Source: an uncultured Phycisphaerales bacterium
GTDB taxonomy: Bacteria > Planctomycetota > Phycisphaerae > Sedimentisphaerales > Anaerobacaceae
DNA length: 64,000 nucleotides
Reading direction: 5' to 3'
Assembly (NCBI GenBank): GCA_903857265.1
Contig: CAIODZ010000021.1
Location: forward strand, 78,794-142,793
The notes under the pieces were generated by a model that had not been told where the DNA came from, made no database searches, and saw only the letters and a program-made list of their open reading frames with translations. Each line of letters starts with the position of its first letter. The stretch's first letter is position 1. The position numbers and the translations under genes were made by a program. Below are positions 47,376-56,219 of this stretch, one piece after another.

Positions 47376-48158
47376 TTAATGGTGATGAGAATCCGCGGTT
47401 TTTTGGGGGCGGTCAGGCCAGCCAAGAATATCGAACAGAAAATAACTCGACCGTTTTATCATCTCAACCGGCGTACAGGGCGTCATCTCGAGCGAACCGA
47501 TAACGTCGTTATTATATTTTTTCAGCGACTTCAGCAGATAATCAAAGTTATTCTGTTTCGCCCCGCCTGAACAGCCAAGGGGCCTGTGGTCATCGCAAGT
47601 GCCGTTGTGGTCGGCAAGGTGTAAATGGGCGGTCCTTTTCGCAAACGTATCGACATATTCATTGAAACTATGCCCGGCGTCGCACGCAACGTAGCCGGTG
47701 TCTAAGCAATACCATATCGATTTGAAACGACGGCCGATATCTTTGAGCATCTCCAGCGGCCCCGTTTCTATACAAAGTTTTACGCCCTCATCTTTTGCCA
47801 TCCCGACGACCTCGGCGATAAAATCGCCATTGTCTGCGTTTTTGCCCTGCATACGCAAACTCTGCAAATCAGCGACGATATTGGCTTTGAGGAGTTTCGC
47901 GCAGCCGATTTGCTCGGCCCACTGCTCAATACTGGGATTATCATTGCGGGAACGCATCGAAACAAGCATACCCTCGGTAGCGGCCTCAAGCCGGGGCCAG
48001 TCACGCTTGTCATACCGGCAGTCATCAAGTCCGCCAAGATTGGGCCAAAGCTCCGCGCCCAAACCGAGCGTCCGCAGCAGGTCACATTCCTGCTCCAGAG
48101 ACAATCGGCTCTGCTTACCCCAGAATGCCATTGTCGAGACAACGTATCTTATCTTCAT
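47376..48158 (-). CDS. sugar phosphate isomerase/epimerase (xylose-isomerase-like TIM barrel)
   Basis: AHLHLADHNG and the general AP-endonuclease-2/TIM-barrel layout. Confidence 0.7.
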   Translation of the reverse strand: MKIRYVVSTMAFWGKQSRLSLEQECDLLRTLGLGAELWPNLGGLDDCRYDKRDWPRLEAATEGMLVSMRSRNDNPSIEQWAEQIGCAKLLKANIVADLQSLRMQGKNADNGDFIAEVVGMAKDEGVKLCIETGPLEMLKDIGRRFKSIWYCLDTGYVACDAGHSFNEYVDTFAKRTAHLHLADHNGTCDDHRPLGCSGGAKQNNFDYLLKSLKKYNNDVIGSLEMTPCTPVEMIKRSSYFLFDILGWPDRPQKTADSHHH

Positions 48159-48437
48159 CTCTGCACCACCGTATAAAGTTGAAACCCCACCCCCTACTAA
48201 AGTGTGGGTAATCTTTTATCGATTAAAAAACGAGCAACCTTCAGCTATTTCCCCACGCTACCCCCCTTGGTCTGGTAATAGCGCAAATATCAATGTCTAA
48301 CTACACTCCAAAATCCTTCGAAAGCCCGTTATTCAGGCAAAAACCACGTATGTATAATCATTAAACTTGTCAAAAATGCTATTGATTTATACGCTGATTA
48401 CGTTAAAATAGTGCTTTTAATTGTTCTGGAGTAAATT

Positions 48438-48659
48438 ATGAAGAAAGACATACATCCGAAATATGACAAAGTCGTGGTTCACTGCGGCTGCGGAAATACC
48501 TTTGAAACCCGCAGCACCTCAAGCGAAATCCACGCGGAAATCTGCTCTGCCTGCCATCCTTTCTACACTGGCAAGCAGAAGTACGTCGATACCGCCGGGC
48601 GGGTCGAGCGTTTCCAGAAGAAATACGGCACCGACTACTTCAAAAAGACGAAAAAGTAG
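48438..48659 (+). CDS. rpmE: 50S ribosomal protein L31
   Basis: MKKDIHPKY...[10 protein letters not shown]. Confidence 0.95.
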   Translation: MKKDIHPKYDKVVVHCGCGNTFETRSTSSEIHAEICSACHPFYTGKQKYVDTAGRVERFQKKYGTDYFKKTKK

Positions 48660-48679
48660 TTACTCACGCCGAATCACTA

Positions 48680-48725
48680 TCAGGGCTCTTTTTTTGGTCG
48701 TTTGAGCAAGAACGGAGCCCTGATT
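48680..48725 (+). terminator. hairpin between rpmE and prfA (possible terminator or attenuator)
   Basis: 10-bp stem ATCAGGGCTC / GAGCCCTGAT with a 26-nt loop, followed by TGTTTATTTCCTTTCC. Confidence 0.35.
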
Positions 48726-48765
48726 GTTTATTTCCTTTCCAAAAGTAAATTACCGGAACAATACT

Positions 48766-49854
48766 ATGGCTAAAGCAAATACACCTTTAATTACGAAACT
48801 GAACGAGATTGAGGCCCGTTTCGATGAGCTGCAAAAGCAGATGGAAAACCCTGATATCGCAAACGAGTCCACCAAGCTCATTGCGATGGCGAAGGAACAG
48901 GGCAAAATCAAAGGTCTGGTTGCAAAATTCCGCGACTACAAAAAAGCTGCTATGGGAGCAGAGCACGCCGAGGAGCTTATAAACAACCCCTCAACCGATG
49001 CAGAGCTTAAGGAAATGGCAAAAGAGGAGCTCCAGCAGCTCAATGCAAAAAAAACAACGCTTCTTATGGAATTACAGAATAAGCTGCTTACCGCCGACGA
49101 CGATTCAATCGGCTCGGTCATTATGGAAATACGCGCGGGCACAGGCGGTGAAGAAGCAGCCCTGTTCGCACGTGACCTTTATACGATGTACACAAAATAC
49201 GCGACCGACCGCGGGTGGAAAGTCGAAGACCTCGATTTCAGCACCACGGATCGGGGCGGGTTCCGCGAAGTAATATTCGGCATCAAGGGCGAAGGCGTGT
49301 GGACGGAACTGGGCTATGAGGGCGGAGGCCACCGGGTACAGAGAGTGCCCGAAACCGAGGCACAGGGCAGAATTCATACCTCCGCGGCTACCGTCGCGGT
49401 TTTGCCTGAGCCGGAAGAAGTGGATATCCAGATAAACCCCGAAGACGTTATCGAGCAGGTATGCAGGTCAAGCGGCCCGGGCGGTCAAAAGGTCAACAAG
49501 ACAAGCAGCGCGATACGACTCGAACATATCCCGACGGGCATCACGGTCCGTATGCAGGAAGAAAAAAGCCAGCATAAAAACCGCGCAAAGGCGTGGCGAA
49601 TACTTCGAAGCCGGCTTTATGAATTTCACGAGAGCAAAAGAGTAGCCGAACGCGACTTGAAACGCAAAACGATGATTGGCTCGGGCGATCGCAGCGAGAA
49701 AATCAGAACATATAACTTCCCGCAGAACCGCGTTACCGACCACAGAATCAACCTGTCGCTTTACACCCTGGACAAAATACTCGCAGGCGAGGCGGGTGAA
49801 TTGTTCAAATCGCTGAAAGAACACGATATTCAGGAACGGCTGAAAAACCTTTAA
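48766..49854 (+). CDS. prfA: peptide chain release factor 1
   Basis: GGQ motif ([12 protein letters not shown]) and the RF1-type P-E-T tripeptide (RVPETE). I prefer the ATG at 48766 over the TTG at 48724. Confidence 0.95.
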   Translation: MAKANTPLITKLNEIEARFDELQKQMENPDIANESTKLIAMAKEQGKIKGLVAKFRDYKKAAMGAEHAEELINNPSTDAELKEMAKEELQQLNAKKTTLLMELQNKLLTADDDSIGSVIMEIRAGTGGEEAALFARDLYTMYTKYATDRGWKVEDLDFSTTDRGGFREVIFGIKGEGVWTELGYEGGGHRVQRVPETEAQGRIHTSAATVAVLPEPEEVDIQINPEDVIEQVCRSSGPGGQKVNKTSSAIRLEHIPTGITVRMQEEKSQHKNRAKAWRILRSRLYEFHESKRVAERDLKRKTMIGSGDRSEKIRTYNFPQNRVTDHRINLSLYTLDKILAGEAGELFKSLKEHDIQERLKNL

Positions 49855-49871
49855 TAGACATAAGACGCTTT

Positions 49872-50957
49872 ATGGTCATAGTCGTAACAGGATTGGTGGG
49901 CTTAGACAAAAAAAGCTACCTTAAGAAGGTGTGCGATTACGCGGGCCTTCGGGGCAAAGAGGTGATGGTGTGCAACGTCGGCGATATGATGTACGACGAG
50001 GCGCCCGATATAACGCCTGGGAAAATCCTCGACATACCGCTCAAACGGCTGCATTCACTTCGCAGAAGCGTTTTCAAAGATGTCATCGCAAAGGCAAAAA
50101 AAGCCCCGAACCTGATTGTCAATACACACGCGACTTTCCGCTGGCGGCACGGTTTGTTCCCGGCGGTTGATTTTGACCAGATGCGCCAGCTCGACGCGAG
50201 CATTTATATCTGCCTGATTGACGGCGTAGCCGCCCTGCACAGCCGGCTGCTCAGCGAACATTTTACCGAACACACGCTCAAAGACCTAATCGTCTGGCGG
50301 GAAGAGGAAATCATCGGTACTGAAATGCTCTGCAAAGGCATCAACGAAGATACGCCGTTTTACTGCCTCGCCCACGGGGGAACCGAAGAAACAATCGAGG
50401 CATTTTACCGGCTGGTATTTGAGCCGAAAATCAAACGCGCATATCTTAGCTTCCCGATGACAGCCGTTACGGACCTCGAAGACGTAAAAAAAGAAATCGG
50501 CGAGTTCAGGCAGACGATGAAAAAGTACTTCACCTGTTTCGACCCGGGTGATTTGGAAGAGGCGTTCCTGCCTCGTATGGCACTCGAGGCCGCCGAGGAC
50601 GGGAAGGATTATCTCGAAATCCAAGCGGGCGGCAAAACCGTCCGGCTGAACCTCGACCAGATTCGTCAAATCGAACGCGATATATACAGCCAAACCTACG
50701 CGCGCGATTTTATGCTCATCGACCAGTCCGATATGATTATCAGCTTTATCCCCACCCTGCCCGACGGCCGGGCGGCCATCTCAAGCGGCGTTGAACGCGA
50801 ATTACAGCACGCTCACGAGGCCGCCAAAGACGTTTATGTAATCTGGACAGCGAAACAAACGCCTTCGGTATTTGTAACGCAGACCGCGACAAAACTTTTT
50901 GACAACACCAAAATCGCTCTGGAATTTTTCAATAAGAAAAAACTAATCCGGTCCTGA
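49872..50957 (+). CDS. two-domain protein: archaeal-type adenylate-kinase-like N-domain (atypical P-loop) fused to a nucleoside 2-deoxyribosyltransferase-like C-domain
   Basis: N-domain: VIVVTGLVGLDKKS and LIVNTHATFRW resemble the AdkA VVVTG.PGVG..T and VDTH blocks. C-domain: AYLSFPM...DQSDMIISFIP...SSGVERELQHAHEAAKDVYVIW resembles the YLAGP...D.vva.....S.G...E.G.A...gK.V pattern of the deoxyribosyltransferase-like fold. Confidence 0.65.
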   Translation: MVIVVTGLVGLDKKSYLKKVCDYAGLRGKEVMVCNVGDMMYDEAPDITPGKILDIPLKRLHSLRRSVFKDVIAKAKKAPNLIVNTHATFRWRHGLFPAVDFDQMRQLDASIYICLIDGVAALHSRLLSEHFTEHTLKDLIVWREEEIIGTEMLCKGINEDTPFYCLAHGGTEETIEAFYRLVFEPKIKRAYLSFPMTAVTDLEDVKKEIGEFRQTMKKYFTCFDPGDLEEAFLPRMALEAAEDGKDYLEIQAGGKTVRLNLDQIRQIERDIYSQTYARDFMLIDQSDMIISFIPTLPDGRAAISSGVERELQHAHEAAKDVYVIWTAKQTPSVFVTQTATKLFDNTKIALEFFNKKKLIRS

Positions 50958-50965
50958 TACGTGCA

Positions 50966-51526
50966 ATGAATATGGAAACCGTATTAATGTTGTCGCTCGC
51001 ATTAACGAATCTTATCGGCGGCATCGCTTTAGGTATTTTCCTTGCTACCGGATTCACACGTCTGGCCCAAAAGCAAAATCGCTTTTTTAAATATCTCATG
51101 CTATCGCTGGGGCTTTATCTTTTCGAATGTATCGCGTTTGCCTGGGGAATGTGCACACAGATATTCTCTATCATATTGTCAATCGAATGGGGGATTCTGT
51201 TTGGCCTGTGGTTAAAAGGTATCGCTCCGCAAAAGCAAATTATCAGGCAAATGCTTTTTGTCTCACTTTACGGCTGCCTGCCGACAGTTTCCTTTGCCGT
51301 TATACTGTTTGCCATCTGGGTAATTTCAGGCAACGGGCCTTTGAACATCGAACAGGCATATAAGTTCGGCATACCCGATTTCGTTCCCTGGCCTATTAAT
51401 ACGGTTCTGGGCTTTTGCGTTGCCCTTGCAGCCGGAACAATTATACTCAAGACGTCTATAACAACAGGCATAGTTGCTTTAATTGTTCGTGATAAAGGGA
51501 AAACCGGCGAAGGGCAGCCAAAATGA
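50966..51526 (+). CDS. polytopic membrane protein (about 6 TM), unknown function
   Basis: Hydrophobic segments throughout. Its stop overlaps the pabB start as ATGA. Confidence 0.7.
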   Translation: MNMETVLMLSLALTNLIGGIALGIFLATGFTRLAQKQNRFFKYLMLSLGLYLFECIAFAWGMCTQIFSIILSIEWGILFGLWLKGIAPQKQIIRQMLFVSLYGCLPTVSFAVILFAIWVISGNGPLNIEQAYKFGIPDFVPWPINTVLGFCVALAAGTIILKTSITTGIVALIVRDKGKTGEGQPK

Positions 51527-52950
51527 CTACCACCACGCTCCAGACAGTCAAAAAGCAATCTGCCTGTGATTTACACAGCAAAATTAAATCAGCCGAAATC
51601 AACCTTGATTCGCTTAGCGAAGTTTTCTCCACCCTGCCTGGAGTATCAATCCTCGGCGGCAATTCCTCAAAAGAAACTGCCGACGGATTTTCATACTGGA
51701 TGGCAATGCCTAAAGAGGTCTTTGAATTTCACGCGGGCCAAGTTGAGCCGCTTGAAAAATTACAAAAAGTTCTGGATAAATGCAAACCCACAAAGCCCCC
51801 CCTGCCTAATGGGATGTTCACAGGCGGGTGGGTCGGCTTATTCGGCTATGAACTGGGCAGTTATTTAGAACCAGTTCCCTGCTCAAAAACTGATGAGATG
51901 CGGCTACCTTTGATTCGCCTGTGTTTTTATGACCGGCTGATTGCTTATGACCACCACGAAAAATCATTTCAACTGATTATTCTCGAACTCGATAACGATA
52001 CCGAAACACCCCAGCAAAAATTATCATTCCTCCAAACCCTTCTCGACAAGGCCCGCGATGTGCGAGTGCCGACGCCAGAATCCGCCGATATTGAAAACAC
52101 CGATTTTTTGCGGATTCGCTCAAATATGACCAGGGATTATTACCTCAGGGCCTTCGAGAAAATCAAACGCCACATATACGACGGCGATGTATATCAGATA
52201 AACTTCTCGCAGCGATTTTGTTGCGAATATAACGCTCGGCCAATCGACCTCTTCCACTGGCAGAACCGCTACAACCCAAGTCCATATTCCGCCTATATCG
52301 ACACGGGCAATTTCCAAATCGTAAGCGCATCGCCCGAGATGTTCATTACCGTAAAAGACGGCATAATCAGCACCAAACCAATCAAGGGAACCCGCAAACG
52401 GCTCGAAGAAACCTCCGCCGAGACAAAGCAAATCAACGCAGAGAACCTTCGGCAGCTTATCGATAGCATCAAGGAAAAAGCCGAATTGAATATGATTATT
52501 GACCTCGAACGAAACGACCTCGCCCGCATTTGCGTCCCCGGCACAAGAAAAGTCATCCAGCCGAGGACTATTGAAACCTACCCGAGCATTTTTCACGCGG
52601 TAGCAACCGTCGCGGGCAAACTCCGGGACAACGTAAATTTCTGCGATATTCTAAAAGCGGTATTCCCAGGCGGGTCAATCACGGGCGCACCCAAAATCCG
52701 CTCAATGCAAATCATAAATGAAACCGAGCCGACCGCGCGAGGCGTTTACACAGGCAGCATCGGCTATATCGGCCTCGACGGCAGTGTTTGCTTGAATATC
52801 GCCATTCGCACGATTATCATTAAAAACAAATCGGCTTACGTCCAGACGGGCGGTGGCATCGTCGCCGACTCCGACCCAATGGCCGAATGGAACGAAACTT
52901 TAGTAAAAGCACGAGCGCTATTAGCTGGAATCGCCGCGGTGAATCACTGA
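51523..52950 (+). CDS. pabB: aminodeoxychorismate synthase component I (chorismate-binding enzyme)
   Basis: C-terminal PGGSITGAPKIRSMQII...RGVYTGSIGY motif, and context with a class IV aminotransferase gene. Confidence 0.8.
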   Translation: MTTTTLQTVKKQSACDLHSKIKSAEINLDSLSEVFSTLPGVSILGGNSSKETADGFSYWMAMPKEVFEFHAGQVEPLEKLQKVLDKCKPTKPPLPNGMFTGGWVGLFGYELGSYLEPVPCSKTDEMRLPLIRLCFYDRLIAYDHHEKSFQLIILELDNDTETPQQKLSFLQTLLDKARDVRVPTPESADIENTDFLRIRSNMTRDYYLRAFEKIKRHIYDGDVYQINFSQRFCCEYNARPIDLFHWQNRYNPSPYSAYIDTGNFQIVSASPEMFITVKDGIISTKPIKGTRKRLEETSAETKQINAENLRQLIDSIKEKAELNMIIDLERNDLARICVPGTRKVIQPRTIETYPSIFHAVATVAGKLRDNVNFCDILKAVFPGGSITGAPKIRSMQIINETEPTARGVYTGSIGYIGLDGSVCLNIAIRTIIIKNKSAYVQTGGGIVADSDPMAEWNETLVKARALLAGIAAVNH

Positions 52951-53813
52951 TGGCAGACAAAGTTTTCTTAAACGACAAACTTGTTAATATCGAAGAAGGC
53001 CGGATATCAGTCGGCGACAGCGGTTTTTTGTATGGGGCGGGGCTGTTTGAAACGATGCGGGCATATAACGGCACCGTCTTTCGGCTCGATGACCACTTAG
53101 ACAGATTGCTCGCAAGCGCAAAAGCCCTGTTTATCGAACATTCTTACAACAAAGAATACCTCACAGAAGCCGTTTATAAAGTTATCGAAGCAAATAATCT
53201 CACAGATGCCCGGATTCGGCTGACGCTTTCAGCGGGGGCAATTCCACAGGCGCAGGCAAAGCCGAATCCCACATTGCTCATAACTGCAACAAAACTACAA
53301 CCCTACCCAGCTGAATATTACAAAAAAGGCGTGCTGGCGGTGCTGTGCCCGACAAGACAAAACACAAGCGACCCGGCCTGCGGGCATAAGACGACAAGTT
53401 ACTTATCGCGTATGCTCGCGCTAAAACAGGCCCATGAGAAAGGGGCCGCGGAAGCCCTTTGGTTCACAATCGATGGCCGGTTAGCCGAGGGCTGCATCAG
53501 CAACGTCTTTCTGGTAAAGGATTCAAAATTATTCACGCCGAGGACCAATACGCCAGTCCTGCCAGGCATCGCCAGAAAAACCGTTTGCGAACTGGCAATA
53601 GCCAATAAAATAGAACTAATCGAAAAAGACCTTACAATCGACGACCTGCTCGGCGCAGATGAGGTATTTATCACAAACGTTATTATGCAGGTAATGCCTG
53701 TCGTAGGAATCGAAAAACACAACGTCAGCGAAGGCAAGCCGGGGGCAGTAACAAAAAAAACACAGGAGCATTACGACAAATTTGTGAAAAACAATTGCAG
53801 GGGTAAAAAATGA
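52950..53813 (+). CDS. pabC: class IV aminotransferase / aminodeoxychorismate lyase
   Basis: Fold-type IV layout (GDSGFLYGAGLFET; NVFLVK...TP). The ATG at 52950 overlaps the pabB TGA as TGATG. Confidence 0.7.
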   Translation: MADKVFLNDKLVNIEEGRISVGDSGFLYGAGLFETMRAYNGTVFRLDDHLDRLLASAKALFIEHSYNKEYLTEAVYKVIEANNLTDARIRLTLSAGAIPQAQAKPNPTLLITATKLQPYPAEYYKKGVLAVLCPTRQNTSDPACGHKTTSYLSRMLALKQAHEKGAAEALWFTIDGRLAEGCISNVFLVKDSKLFTPRTNTPVLPGIARKTVCELAIANKIELIEKDLTIDDLLGADEVFITNVIMQVMPVVGIEKHNVSEGKPGAVTKKTQEHYDKFVKNNCRGKK

Positions 53814-54922
53814 AGGTCAAAGATATCGCGGCACAAATCGAAAAAGTCATCCCGCTTGGCCTGGCGCAGAGCTGGGACAACGTCGGCCTGCTTCTCGGAA
53901 GCGCAGACAAAAACGTAAAACGCGTTCTGCTCACAATCGATATCACAGCAGACGTTCTCGCTGAGGCAAAACGGCTCAAAACCGACCTTATCGTTGCCTA
54001 TCATCCCATCATCTGGGACGGCCTGAAAAAAATAAATACGCGAGGTCCGACAAGCGTCGTTTACGAGCTGATTCGCTCTAATATCGCGGTCTTTTGCATC
54101 CACACCGCGCTGGACGCCGTCGAAGGAGGCGTAAATGACGGGCTTGCGGAAATAGTCGGAATACAAAACGGTCATCCCCTCGGCGATTACGTCTCCGCGC
54201 CCGTCGGCAACAACTACAAACTCGCGGTCTTTGTCCCAGTCGGGTCCGCGGCAAAAGTCGCCGACGCCGTATTCGCAGCAGGCGCGGGTCACATCGGAAA
54301 TTACAGTCATTGCAGCTTTTCATCTCAAGGGCAGGGAAGCTTCCTGCCACTCGAAGGGGCGAGACCCGCAATAGGCAAAAGAGGCGTCCTTGAAAAAGTG
54401 CCGGAATTGAAATTCGAGGCGATTGTGCCCGCGGAAAAACTCGCAGGCGTTGTAACAGCGATGTTAAACGCACATCCTTATGAAGTGCCCGCTTATGATA
54501 TTTATAAACTTGTCGATGAGCAGGCAAAATTCGGCCTGGGCAGAATGGGCAAACTCGCAAAGCCGACGGCGCTATCTGAAATTATTAAAAAACTCAGGAA
54601 ACATACCGGCGCAAAGGCAGTCGGTATCGTAGGCCCGGAAAAACGCACCGTCAGGACCGCCGCCGTATGTGCCGGCTCCTGCGGCAAGCTCATAAACCTC
54701 GTTATCGCCGAAAATACCGACCTCTACGTTACAGGCGAGCTAAAGCACCACCAGGCCCTTGCGGCCCAGGAGGCAGGACTTACCTGCCTTTGCCTGTCGC
54801 ATACGGTTTCTGAACGATTTATCCTCAAAAAGTTGGCCAAACAGTTGCAAAAACCTCTTCAAACCGTCACAATAAGGGTAAGCAATAAAGACGCAGACCC
54901 ATTTAGATGGACGAAAATATGA
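53810..54922 (+). CDS. Nif3-like dinuclear metal centre protein (YqfO-type, with an inserted domain)
   Basis: N-terminus LAQSWDNVGLLLG, 370 aa, ATGA overlap with pabC. Confidence 0.88.
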   Translation: MKVKDIAAQIEKVIPLGLAQSWDNVGLLLGSADKNVKRVLLTIDITADVLAEAKRLKTDLIVAYHPIIWDGLKKINTRGPTSVVYELIRSNIAVFCIHTALDAVEGGVNDGLAEIVGIQNGHPLGDYVSAPVGNNYKLAVFVPVGSAAKVADAVFAAGAGHIGNYSHCSFSSQGQGSFLPLEGARPAIGKRGVLEKVPELKFEAIVPAEKLAGVVTAMLNAHPYEVPAYDIYKLVDEQAKFGLGRMGKLAKPTALSEIIKKLRKHTGAKAVGIVGPEKRTVRTAAVCAGSCGKLINLVIAENTDLYVTGELKHHQALAAQEAGLTCLCLSHTVSERFILKKLAKQLQKPLQTVTIRVSNKDADPFRWTKI

Positions 54923-55635
54923 CAGAAGAAAATTTGGCTGCATCGACAGGCGAATCCGCACAAGAAACCGGCGCTGGCGATGAGCAAAACGATATAGTCG
55001 AACAAACAAACGATTCAGAACCAGCAAACGAGCAACCGGCACAGGATGTTGGGGCACAGGCCGAAACCGAAACATCGGGCGACCAGCAGCCGCAGCCGAC
55101 GGACATACCTCCCGGATTTGAGCCAACGGTTGAGTCGGTAGTGGAAGCGGTGCTTTTCGCAAGCGATGAGTCGCTTACGCCCGCGCGCCTCTCCGAAATT
55201 GTCGGCACAAACGTCCGCCAGCTCCGCAAGCATATCGACGACCTCAACGAAAAATACAAGGCCAACAACAACGCCTTTAGAATCGAGCAAATCGCGGGCG
55301 GTTATCAGATGCTGACACTGGGCGAATACAACCACTGGCTCAAAAAACTCGTCCGCGCACGCGACGACGGCAAACTCAGCCAGCCGGCCCTCGAAACACT
55401 GGCAATCATTGCCTACAAGCAACCCATCATTCGCGCCGATATCGAGGCGATAAGGGGCGTCGCGGCGGGCGAGATGATTCGCAACCTGATGTATAAAGGG
55501 CTGGTAAAAATCACGGGCAGGGCTGAGATTGTGGGCAGACCAATGCTTTACGGCACAACCAAAAAATTCCTCGAGGTCTTCGGCCTGAACACTCTAAAGG
55601 ACCTCCCCAAAGCTGAAGAGCTCAAAAAGCCCTAG
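54907..55635 (+). CDS. scpB: segregation and condensation protein B with an acidic N-terminal extension
   Basis: VEAVLFASDESLT, IAYKQPIIRADIEAIRGV. The alternative start at 54919 would give an ATGA overlap with the Nif3-like gene. Confidence 0.88.
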   Translation: MDENMTEENLAASTGESAQETGAGDEQNDIVEQTNDSEPANEQPAQDVGAQAETETSGDQQPQPTDIPPGFEPTVESVVEAVLFASDESLTPARLSEIVGTNVRQLRKHIDDLNEKYKANNNAFRIEQIAGGYQMLTLGEYNHWLKKLVRARDDGKLSQPALETLAIIAYKQPIIRADIEAIRGVAAGEMIRNLMYKGLVKITGRAEIVGRPMLYGTTKKFLEVFGLNTLKDLPKAEELKKP

Positions 55636-55665
55636 TAAGTAAACATCCTGTGCAAAACAGTTGTT

Positions 55666-56076
55666 CTACTTCCAGATATGGCCGCAGTCCAAACATTTGT
55701 ATTTTTCCTTTAGCCATGTCAACGGCAGCCGAAACAGCAGTATTGAAAGCAAAGCCATTTTCCAGGAATATCGCTCGTACTCAATATTCTCAGAATTACA
55801 CTTCGGGCAGGTCAGGTCGTATTCGCCAAGTTCGGATGACTGTTGTGTATCGAGTGGTTTCTCTTTTCGCGCAAGAATCTCAATTGCGGCTTTTGAGTCG
55901 GCCTCATTAACCTTGAGTTTGATACCGCCCTCGGCCCGTGAAAGGAGCCAGTAAGTCGCCACAAAATTCTCGCCGCTCAGAAAACACTCAATACCTTCTG
56001 ATTCAAGTTTTATTTTGGCAATATTCGCCTTATATGGCTCATCAAAACTGGCAACTGTCACAAGTGCGTTGCTCAT
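55666..56076 (-). CDS. DUF2007-like domain plus zinc-ribbon protein
   Basis: N-terminal beta-alpha-beta domain (A.IAKIKLESEGIECFL), then CPKC...CLDCG. The ATG at 56076 is preceded by AGGAGG. Confidence 0.65.
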   Translation of the reverse strand: MSNALVTVASFDEPYKANIAKIKLESEGIECFLSGENFVATYWLLSRAEGGIKLKVNEADSKAAIEILARKEKPLDTQQSSELGEYDLTCPKCNSENIEYERYSWKMALLSILLFRLPLTWLKEKYKCLDCGHIWK

Positions 56077-56219
56077 CTCTTTTACCTCCTTAAAACAGAC
56101 CTTATTTAACATCACCACCACCCAAAAAACAATCATAATCCCGTGATACCCTCGGCCCGAACTTTCCCAAAAGCAATCTCCTTGTTAGCGAAGCATCAAT
56201 CTGATATATTTACTGAATT

